A program made the translations under genes and the position numbers. From assembly GCA_963825905.1 (NCBI GenBank), contig CAWGUL010000005.1:25751-89750 (forward strand): 64,000 bases of DNA, in the 5' to 3' direction. The notes under the pieces are model-generated. The model did not search any database. It saw nothing but the letters and a program-made list of their open reading frames with translations, and had not been told where the DNA came from. Origin of the DNA: an uncultured Chloroflexia bacterium (lineage in GTDB: Bacteria > Chloroflexota > Limnocylindria > QHBO01). The stretch's first letter is position 1. Each line of letters starts with the position of its first letter. Positions 21,301 through 28,542 of this stretch are shown piece after piece.

Positions 21301-21695
21301 GCGTGCGCGGGCAGGTCGTCGAAGAAGGCGAACGTGGCGAGCTGCGTGACCGCGGCGGGATCCTGGCCGGGAAGTGCCCACGAGTTCGTCTCGCCGCGCC
21401 GCTCCACGCTCGGCGCCTCGCGGCCGAAGATGAGGCGCGCCTCGTCCCGGATCGCGGCATCGGCACGGGCGAGGATGTCGGCCGAGCCGGCGACCCGGAT
21501 CTGGAGGCCCGCCGAGTGCGCATCGGCCGCCGCGAGCGAGCGCTGCAGGCCGGCCGATGAGACAGCGTCCGCGTAGATCAGGCCCGCGGCGAGGAACGTC
21601 GCGGCGAGGAGGGTGATGACGGCCGCCGCGCCCACGACGAGCCAGTCGTGGCGCGCCCGCAGCACGACGACGCGCAGCGCCGCGAGAACGCCCAT
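18384..21695 (-). CDS. FtsX-family ABC permease with two FtsX modules (1103 aa)
   Basis: Intact ORF with N-terminal TM, large extracytoplasmic regions and two four-TM FtsX-like blocks. C-terminus GSALRIGED parallels the next permease. Confidence 0.85.
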   Translation of the reverse strand: MGVLAALRVVVLRARHDWLVVGAAAVITLLAATFLAAGLIYADAVSSAGLQRSLAAADAHSAGLQIRVAGSADILARADAAIRDEARLIFGREAPSVERRGETNSWALPGQDPAAVTQLATFAFFDDLPAHATLVAGDWPGAASTGVVPVAIHAAAAEALGYAVGDELELTSRLDASRLVRARIVGTWRPKDVADRYWWDVAGDISGSSVSASYTTWGPLVVDEAAYPSVVDAGGSGVAWRIFPDPARVVAGRLEAISSELDGLEGRLRSTIATSQVTVVTSLGAALDAASRSLVVAQMSVTVLAVQLAVLAGYALVLTAGLLIEQRRGETALLRARGAGAGQLGAAALLEALVLAVPIAIAAPLIAVAALGIFNAAGPLHEIGLTIAPRVTPLAQLVAAVTAGACALALALPSLLQGRSFVALRARRGRQARSGVVERVGLDLALLVVAAVGLWQLRQFGAPLSGAVRGRIGVDPLLVAAPAIGLLAGAVVALRILPLVARLADIGMTHGRGLVSSLGAWQISRRPLRYAPAALLLIVTMALGVFAASYGRTWATSQADQAAYQVGTDVRVRPNDLGGGPGPIDLGAAYRALGASDVMAVRRDGSDFGGRSRGQLLLIDTARAADVVAFRADLANDPFGSMMARLAGARPTIDLPALPDAARGIAVTITLRVQPVLAPPGTPPDLAGRLSPFVAQIVVRDGDGLLHRVELGMLAPDGSPHRLAAPIAGSGATADAVPTGPLSLVALEVRSTAGNQRRVVGSVDIGTLEAEVDGSWAAVSVAPQGGWRAAAFEASGQLNASAGLADAPRGAAARMAVQIDAAQDARRLAPVTWALQPATLADGAVTPGLLADGVALGLTTAHLGDDVPADLGYGHATARLEEDLVAFPTADPSEPILVGDLPTAALTGYLATGTVLAPNEWWLRAPDPVGLARTLRAAPYESIEAISTPERTAALQTDPVALGILGALALGVAAAAAFAGIGFAVSTSVAARERLTEFAVLRALGLSPRQLAGWLSLENVILVAVSLVIGTGLGLLIAWVVLPFVTLTQAGSAPLPGLVITIPWGQVLLLESVALGALAVTVAILALVLRRVGLGSALRIGED

Positions 21696-21853
21696 CAGGC
21701 CGTGGCCGCCACGACGTCACGGCGCGCGGCTCGCACCACGTCGGCAGGTTCGCGGGCGTCGCTCATGGTCACCTGTTCGTTCCTAACCCGCGTGGCGCGA
21801 GCTGGTTCACCGATGATGCGCCGCGCGCGACGATTGTGACGAGCGGCCGCTCG

Positions 21854-22438
21854 TCAGGCGTCCTGGAGCGCGGGCAGGTCCCAGCTGCGGGGCCGAGGCA
21901 GTGCCAGCCAGTCGGGCCGCAGGATCGCCATCACGACCACGTCGTGGAACTCGCCGCGATGGAAGCGCGCGCGCCGCCGGCGCACCTCCTCGGTGAAGCC
22001 GGCCTTCCGATAGCTGGCCATCGCGCGCTCGTTGTAGTCGAAGACCTCGAGCGCGATGCGCTCGAGGCGCAGCTCCCCGAAGCCGAAGTCGAGGAGAGCG
22101 TTCAGCGCATCGGTCCCGAGGCCGCCGCCCCAACGGGCCGGATCGGTGAGGAAGATCGAGACGACCGCGCTGCCGTTGCCCTGGTCGATGTTGCGCAGCC
22201 CGGCCCCGCCGATGGGCTCGCGCGAGCCGATGAGGCAGATCGTGAACTGGAATGCGGTGCCGGCCATCATCTCGCCGCGCAGCTCGTTGAGCCAACCCTC
22301 GGCCATCTCGCCGGCGAAGGCGAACTTGAAGCCTGCGTAATGCCCGAGATCGCGGTCGTCGATGTCGGTGGCGAGGACGTCCGCCTTCTCGATCATGCGC
22401 AGCCACGTTCGCTCGCCGCGGAGCATCGGGGTCCCCAT
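21854..22438 (-). CDS. GNAT family N-acetyltransferase (RimJ/RimL-like)
   Basis: GGGLGTDALNALLDFGFGELRLERIALEVFDYNERAMASYRKAGF. ATG 22438 chosen; alternative ATG 22426. Confidence 0.8.
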   Translation of the reverse strand: MGTPMLRGERTWLRMIEKADVLATDIDDRDLGHYAGFKFAFAGEMAEGWLNELRGEMMAGTAFQFTICLIGSREPIGGAGLRNIDQGNGSAVVSIFLTDPARWGGGLGTDALNALLDFGFGELRLERIALEVFDYNERAMASYRKAGFTEEVRRRRARFHRGEFHDVVVMAILRPDWLALPRPRSWDLPALQDA

Positions 22439-22474
22439 GGGCCGATGATACCGGCGTCCGGGCCGGCATCGGGC

Positions 22475-22480
22475 TACCAT
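22475..22480 (+). promoter_or_regulatory. -10 box (TACCAT) of a probable leaderless promoter
   Basis: 7 nt upstream of ATG 22488. No Shine-Dalgarno. Confidence 0.35.
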
Positions 22481-22487
22481 CGGGCGC

Positions 22488-23975
22488 ATGACCGATCTGA
22501 TCGCCCCGGCCCGCCTCCTCATCGGCGGCGAGCTCCGCGACGCCGCGGCGGGCGCCACCTTCACGACCTTCTCCCCTGCCACCGGCACCGAGCTGGGGGT
22601 CGTCGCCCGCGCGGATGCGACCGATGTCGACGCCGCGGTCGAGGCGGCCCGCGGCGCGCTCGAGGGCGCGTGGGCGAAGACCAGCCCCGCCAAGCGCTCC
22701 CGGATGCTCCTCAAGCTCGCCGAGCTGCTCGACGCGAGCGCGGACGAGCTGGCCACCCTGGAGAGCCGGAACAACGGCAAGCCGAAGTGGCAGTCCCTTG
22801 CCGAGCTGAAGACCGGCGTCGCCTCGCTCGAGCTGTTCGCGGGCGCCGCGCAGCACCTCTACGGCCGATCGCACGTGGTCAACCCGTCGGTCGTGACCTA
22901 CACCCTGCGCGAGCCGGTGGGCGTGGTCGGCGCCATCATCCCGTGGAACTACCCGCTCATGATGGCCATCTGGAAGGTGGCCCCGGCGCTGGCCGCCGGC
23001 TGCACGATGGTCCTCAAGCCGGCCTCGGCAACGCCGCTCACCGCGATCCGGCTCGGCGAGCTGGCGCTCGAAGCCGGCATCCCGGCCGGCGTCCTCAACG
23101 TGGTCACCGGCCCCGGCGGCGAGGTCGGCGAGGCGATCGCGCGCCACCCCGGGATCGACAAGGTGGCATTCACCGGCGAGACCACGACGGGACGCCGCAT
23201 CGCCTCGGTGGCGGCGGAGACGCTGAAGCGCGTCTCGCTCGAGCTCGGCGGCAAGAGCCCGAACCTGGTCTTCGCCGACGCCGACCTCGACGCCGCGGTG
23301 CTCGGCTCGCTGTGGGCGATCTACTACTCGGCCGGGCAGTCGTGCGAGGCCCGCTCGCGGATCCTGGTGGAGGCATCCGCCTACGACGCCTTCGCCGATG
23401 CGTTCGCCACCAAGGCGGCGGGGCTGCGCATCGGCGACCCGCTCGCCGACACGACCCAGGTCGGATCGCTCATCAGCCGCGAGCACGCGGCGAAGGTGCG
23501 CGGGCTCATCAGCGGTGGCCTCGGCGAGGGTGGAGAGCTCCTTGCCGGCGGGGAGATCGACGGTGAGCTCGGCGACGGCCTCGACGCGGCGGCCTTCGTG
23601 AAGCCGACCGTCATCGGTGGCGTCGAAAACGGCTGGAAGATCGCCCAGGAGGAGATCTTCGGTCCGGTCGTGACGCTCACCCGCTTCGCCGACGAGGCCG
23701 AGGCGACCCGGCTCGCGAACGACGTCCGGTACGGGCTGGCGGCGACGGTGTGGACCGGCGACGCGGGACGCGGCCACCGGCTTGGCCAGCGGATCCGCGC
23801 CGGCGCGGTGAGCATCAACACGCCCTTCGTGGCGTTCCCGGGCATCCCGTTCGGCGGCTTCAAGGAGTCGGGCTATGGACGGGAGCAGTCGGTGGAGGCG
23901 CTCGACCTCTACACCGAGACGAAGGCGATCCTGGTCGGCACGAGCCCGAAGCCGGTCAACCCGTTCGGCGCCTGA
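22488..23975 (+). CDS. NAD(P)-dependent aldehyde dehydrogenase
   Basis: FTGETTTGRRI, ELGGKSP, catalytic Cys in GQSCEARSRILV, EEIFGPV. Confidence 0.9.
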   Translation: MTDLIAPARLLIGGELRDAAAGATFTTFSPATGTELGVVARADATDVDAAVEAARGALEGAWAKTSPAKRSRMLLKLAELLDASADELATLESRNNGKPKWQSLAELKTGVASLELFAGAAQHLYGRSHVVNPSVVTYTLREPVGVVGAIIPWNYPLMMAIWKVAPALAAGCTMVLKPASATPLTAIRLGELALEAGIPAGVLNVVTGPGGEVGEAIARHPGIDKVAFTGETTTGRRIASVAAETLKRVSLELGGKSPNLVFADADLDAAVLGSLWAIYYSAGQSCEARSRILVEASAYDAFADAFATKAAGLRIGDPLADTTQVGSLISREHAAKVRGLISGGLGEGGELLAGGEIDGELGDGLDAAAFVKPTVIGGVENGWKIAQEEIFGPVVTLTRFADEAEATRLANDVRYGLAATVWTGDAGRGHRLGQRIRAGAVSINTPFVAFPGIPFGGFKESGYGREQSVEALDLYTETKAILVGTSPKPVNPFGA

Positions 23976-23985
23976 GCCACGGCGC

Positions 23986-24918
23986 TCAGGACGGCGGCGC
24001 GCCCGCGCGTGCCGTCGTGCCACCGGCCGTCGCCGCGCCGCGGTCCTCCAGCCACATCCGCGGCACGCCGACGAGCGGCGCCAGCCGGGCCACCCAGAGG
24101 GTCGGCACGGCGAGCGCCGCGGCGGTGAACGCGAGCCAGCTCCAGCGACGCCAGGCGGCGATGCCCGCCAGGACCACGCAGAGCGCGAAACGCAGCACGA
24201 AGTCGCCCAGCGTGGACGGCACCAGCACGATGAGCTGCGGGCCTGCGAACGGCGCCTGGTTGACGGAGCGCGACTGCTGGCCGAGCGAGGCGACGTAATC
24301 CGCCCAGTCGGCCGGCCGGAGCAGGGCGTGGGCGCCGAGCACGAGGACGGTGACCCCGAGGCCGATGAGCAGCGCCCGGCGACGTCGGGGCTCGCGGAGC
24401 CAGAGATATGGGGCCAGCAGGATCGTTCCGTACTTCAGCGCCGCCGTCGCAGGCGTCGAAGCGACACCCACGGTCGAGCCGCGCAGGGCCATCCGCGCGA
24501 GCACGGCGATCGGCAGCGTGACGTTCAGCGCGTCGAGCTCGATCTGGACGGGCCAGAAGAGGAGCGCGATGCCCACCGCCCGCCACGAGCCGACGAGCAC
24601 GCGCACGCAGACCACGCAGGCGGCGCGGTAGGCCCAGGTCACGACCAGCTCGGGCGGCAGCGCGAGCGGGATGGCGAGGTACGCGAAGGTCGGCGCGTAG
24701 CGGTAGGCACCCGGATCGCCGATCTGCACCGCGGCGTAGAGCGGCGCGCCCTCGAGCGCGTGCCGGCCGGCCAGGATGTAGGCGTGGAGGTCGTAGGCGA
24801 TGCCGCCGTCGCGCAGGATGATGTCGACGAGGTAGGCGGCGAATGTGATCGTGCCGATCGCCGCCAGCGCCCAGAGGGCGATCTCCGTCCAGCGCCCGCC
24901 CCGGGCGGTCAGCCGCAT
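23986..24918 (-). CDS. polytopic membrane protein, DUF2029 / glycosyltransferase family 87-like
   Basis: About 8 hydrophobic segments. N-terminal DLHAYILAGRHALEGAPLY motif resembles GT87 mannosyltransferases. Confidence 0.55.
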   Translation of the reverse strand: MRLTARGGRWTEIALWALAAIGTITFAAYLVDIILRDGGIAYDLHAYILAGRHALEGAPLYAAVQIGDPGAYRYAPTFAYLAIPLALPPELVVTWAYRAACVVCVRVLVGSWRAVGIALLFWPVQIELDALNVTLPIAVLARMALRGSTVGVASTPATAALKYGTILLAPYLWLREPRRRRALLIGLGVTVLVLGAHALLRPADWADYVASLGQQSRSVNQAPFAGPQLIVLVPSTLGDFVLRFALCVVLAGIAAWRRWSWLAFTAAALAVPTLWVARLAPLVGVPRMWLEDRGAATAGGTTARAGAPPS

Positions 24919-24940
24919 GCCGGCGCCCCGTCCGCCCGGC

Positions 24941-26071
24941 TCAGTGGCAGCTGCCCTGCCCGCTGTCGGTGAACGACTGGCCCGCGACGGGGATGAACTG
25001 CCACCCGTAGTGGCCCGGGCTCAGGGTCAGCTTCAGGACGCCATTCGTGACGCCGTTGCGGACCTCGCTGTTCGCGATGGCGTGGGTGAATCCGCGGAGG
25101 CCCGCGCCGCCGGTCCCGACCACGAACTCACGGATCCCGGTGGCCGAGGCCTGCCCCGCGGGGTTCTGCGGCGCGAAGCGCTCGTAGTCATGGTCATGCC
25201 CGTTGATGATGATCTCGGCCTTTGCGGCGTAGAGCGCGTCCCAGAACGGCGCGTAGGAGGCGTCGCTCCCGTGCTGCCCGGAGCTGAACCGCGGCTCGTG
25301 CCAGTAGGCGAGCACGCACGCCGAGGGATGGCCCGCCAGGTCGTTCTTCAGCCAGGCGACCTGCCCGGCGCTCACGTTCTCGCCGTTGAGGCTGTAGATG
25401 CGCCACGCGCCGAGCGTGTAGACGTAATAGCCCAGCCCGGGTGGACCCGCCGCGGCGCCGAAGTACGTGTAGTAGTACTGCGGGCTCAGGTGGTAGTCGT
25501 GGTTCCCCGGCGCCGGCCGCATGCGGGACTTGAACGCTCCCCAGCTGGCGTTGAAATGCACGTAGTCGGTCTTCGACCCATCGTTGTACGCGTTGTCACC
25601 GGCGGTGAAGACGGTGCCGGGGATCTTCGCCAGCAGGGCGGCGGTCGCCTTCTCGGCCGGGCCGCCGGTCGAGATGTCGCCGGCGCCCACGAGGACCGCC
25701 GTACCGCCGCCCCCTGGCGGCGGTGGGATGGGGGTGGGTTGCGCGGTGACGGCCGGGGTGGCCGGCACCGCGGTCGCTGCGGGCGTGGTTCTCGGGGTAC
25801 TCGTGGGGGAGGTACTCACCGTCGGCGACGCGGTGGTGCCGACGGTGACGGATGGGCTGCCCGCGCCCGGCGTCGCGCTCCCCGAGCCGCCGGAGGCTCC
25901 GGCGCTGCCTGAGCTGCTCGGCGTGCCGTTCGACGCGCTGCCGATCGTCGAGGGCGATGCGACCGCGGTCAGGTTCACCAGGCCGCGCGACAGCGCAAAG
26001 CCGATCCCGGCGACCAGGATGAGCCCCCCCAGCAGGATCCACGGGAGCGGGCGGCGCAGGGTACGTGGCAT
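24941..26071 (-). CDS. membrane-anchored metallophosphoesterase with Ser/Thr/Pro/Gly-rich linker
   Basis: N-terminal TM (PWILLGGLILVAGIGFAL), then a low-complexity linker. Motifs GAGDIS, GDNAY, GNHDY, GHDHDYER. Confidence 0.8.
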   Translation of the reverse strand: MPRTLRRPLPWILLGGLILVAGIGFALSRGLVNLTAVASPSTIGSASNGTPSSSGSAGASGGSGSATPGAGSPSVTVGTTASPTVSTSPTSTPRTTPAATAVPATPAVTAQPTPIPPPPGGGGTAVLVGAGDISTGGPAEKATAALLAKIPGTVFTAGDNAYNDGSKTDYVHFNASWGAFKSRMRPAPGNHDYHLSPQYYYTYFGAAAGPPGLGYYVYTLGAWRIYSLNGENVSAGQVAWLKNDLAGHPSACVLAYWHEPRFSSGQHGSDASYAPFWDALYAAKAEIIINGHDHDYERFAPQNPAGQASATGIREFVVGTGGAGLRGFTHAIANSEVRNGVTNGVLKLTLSPGHYGWQFIPVAGQSFTDSGQGSCH

Positions 26072-26189
26072 CGGCGTCGAGTCCTCTCGATGGGCGTTGG
26101 GGGGCGGCCACAAGCGTACCGGCTCCCGCCCGTCGCGGGAAGTCCTTCGCCACGGAACTGCCCGGCTTGCGGGCCCTTCCGGCGGCGCG

Positions 26190-26195
26190 TACCGT
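26190..26195 (+). promoter_or_regulatory. -10 box (TACCGT) of a probable leaderless promoter
   Basis: 9 nt upstream of ATG 26205. No Shine-Dalgarno. Confidence 0.3.
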
Positions 26196-26204
26196 GCCAC
26201 CACG

Positions 26205-27119
26205 ATGACCGGCTCCCTGGCGGCCTGGACCTCCCGATTCCCCGAAGGTTGGTGGGGCTATCACTGGGCGCCGCCGCAGCCGATGAGCGCCGTCGAGATC
26301 GTCGGCTCGGGCGCCGTCGACGAGCGCCTCATGGCCCTGCTGTGGGCGATCGTCGCGCGCCGTCGGAGCGTCATGCTCGCCTCCGAGGCGCCGCAGGCCG
26401 GGAAGACGACGACGCTCTCCGCCCTCGTCGACTTCCTTCCCGAGGGGACGGTCGGCATCTTCCTGCGCGGCTGGTACGGTGACTTCGGCTGGACCGCTGA
26501 GATCGGGCCGGACCGGGGCTACCTGTTGATCAACGAGCTGTCCGATCACCTCCCGATCTACGTCTGGGGGCGCTCCGCGCAGCGCGCGCTGCGGCTGGCC
26601 GGCGAGGGCTACGGGATGGGCGCCACGATGCACGCCGACTCGCTGCCCGAGGCGATCGGCACGCTCCGCGACGAGCTCGATGCCACCGATGCCGACCTGG
26701 CCGCCCTCACCATCTACCTCCAGTGGTCGGCGTACCTGACGCCGAGCGCCATGTACCGCCGCGTGGAGGAGGCGTGGCACCTCCGCCTCGACCAGTCCGG
26801 CCGGCTCGCCCCGGTGCGCCTGGCCGCCATCGACGGCGAGCGCTCGCCGTCGCTCACGGGGGCGCAGCGCCTCCCCTCACCGCCCATCCTGCCCGACGAC
26901 GGCGGCCGCTCCTCGCGCCCGCTCGTGCACGACGACGCGGCCTACGCGGTGCTGGCCGCGTCGCTCGGCGTCGCGCCGGAGGCGTTCGCGGCCGAGCTCG
27001 CCGAGCGCCGCGCCTTCCTCGCCCGCCTCGCCGCCCGCGGCGACTGCGACCCGGTCGCCTTCGCGACCGCCCTCGCCACCTACCCTGAGCCTCTCGCGAC
27101 CGATGGAGCCCTCCCATGA
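26205..27119 (+). CDS. stand-alone P-loop NTPase resembling the VirB11/CpaF/PilT secretion-ATPase core
   Basis: Walker A SEAPQAGKTTTLSAL, Walker B-like YLLINELSD, His-box-like GMGATMHADSLPEAIGTL. 304 aa. ATGA overlap with the next gene at 27116-27119. Confidence 0.6.
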   Translation: MTGSLAAWTSRFPEGWWGYHWAPPQPMSAVEIVGSGAVDERLMALLWAIVARRRSVMLASEAPQAGKTTTLSALVDFLPEGTVGIFLRGWYGDFGWTAEIGPDRGYLLINELSDHLPIYVWGRSAQRALRLAGEGYGMGATMHADSLPEAIGTLRDELDATDADLAALTIYLQWSAYLTPSAMYRRVEEAWHLRLDQSGRLAPVRLAAIDGERSPSLTGAQRLPSPPILPDDGGRSSRPLVHDDAAYAVLAASLGVAPEAFAAELAERRAFLARLAARGDCDPVAFATALATYPEPLATDGALP

Positions 27120-28532
27120 CCCCGCACCCGACCATCGCCACCCTCGGCGAGCTGCGCACCTCCGACTACCGATCGCGCAGCGTGCGCGCCGAGATGCGCG
27201 CCAACCTCATCGACCACCTGCGCCGCGGCGAGGCGCTGCTGCCGGGGATCATCGGCTACGACGAGACGGTGCTGCCGCAGCTCGAGAACGCGATCCTGGC
27301 CGGGCAGGACGTCATCCTCCTCGGCGAGCGCGGACAGGCGAAGAGCCGCATCGCCCGGTCGCTGGTCGCGCTCCTCGACGAGTGGCTGCCGGTCGTGGCC
27401 GGCTCCGAGCTCCGCGACGATCCGCTGGAGCCGATCTCGCCGTATGGGCGGCAGCTCGTCGCCGAGCGCGGCGACGACACGCCGGTGACGTGGGTGCATC
27501 GGTCAGATCGGTACGCGGAGAAGCTGTCGACGCCGGACATCAGCATCGCCGACCTCATCGGTGAGGTTGATCCGGTGAAGGTCGCGGAGGGTCGCTACCT
27601 GTCCGACGAGCTCACGATCCACTACGGCATGCTGCCGCGCGCGAACCGCGGCATCTTCACCCTCAACGAGCTGCCCGACCTCGCGGAGCGGATCCAGGTC
27701 GGCCTCCTCAACGTGATGGAGGAGCGTGACGTCCAGGTCCGCGGCTACAGCCTGCGCCTCGACCTCGACCTCTTCGTGGTGGCCAGCGCGAACCCGGAGG
27801 ACTACACGAGCCGAGGGCGGATCATCACGCCCCTGAAGGACCGATTCGGGGCGCAGATCCGGACGCACTACCCCGAGGACACCGACGTCGAGATGGCGAT
27901 CATGGACCAGGAGCGGCTCGCCTTCGACGACGAGCGGGCTGATGCGATCCCGGTCGATGTGCCGCCGTTCATGCGCGAGATCCTCGCCGAGCTGTCGCAG
28001 CTCGCCCGCCGCTCGAGCGAGGTGAGCCAGCGCTCCGGCGTCTCCGTGCGGGTGAGCATCGCGAACCTCGAGACGCTCATCGCGGCGGCCACGAAGCGCG
28101 CCGTGCGCCTCGGCGAGCCGAGCGCCGCCCCGCGGGTCAGCGACCTCGGCGCGGTCGTGGCATCCACGGCGGGCAAGATCGAGCTCGAGACGCTCGGCGA
28201 CGAGACGCGCGAGGACCGCGTCATCGACAAGCTCGTGGCGCGCGCGATCGTGAACGTCTTCAACCGCCGCCTCGCCGTGAGCGAGCTCGGCGCTCTGCTC
28301 GAGCGCTTCGACGAGGGCGCCGAGGCCGAGGTCGGCGACAGCGTCGCGTCCGGCCACGCACGAGCGCCTCGTCCACGACCTGCCGGAGCTGCGCCGCGCC
28401 ATCGGCCGGCTGGAGGTGGGTGAGTCGCCGGCCGGGTTGGCGAGCGGGGTCGAGTTCGTGCTGGAAGGGCTGCACCTCAACCGCCGCCTCAACAAGGAGC
28501 GACGCGGCGGCGGCGTCCGCTACGCACGCTGA
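27116..28532 (+). pseudogene. ChlI/BchI-like (Mg-chelatase-type) AAA+ ATPase; one extra base near 28357 as sequenced
   Basis: VILLGERGQAKSRIA, IFTLNELPDL, VVASANPEDY. After ...EVGDSVASG(H) the next frame continues ERLVHDLPELRRAIGRLEVGESPAGLASGVEFVLEGLHLNRRLNKE...YAR and stops at 28530-28532. Span length is 3n+1. Confidence 0.75.
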
Positions 28533-28542
28533 TCGAAGCCTC

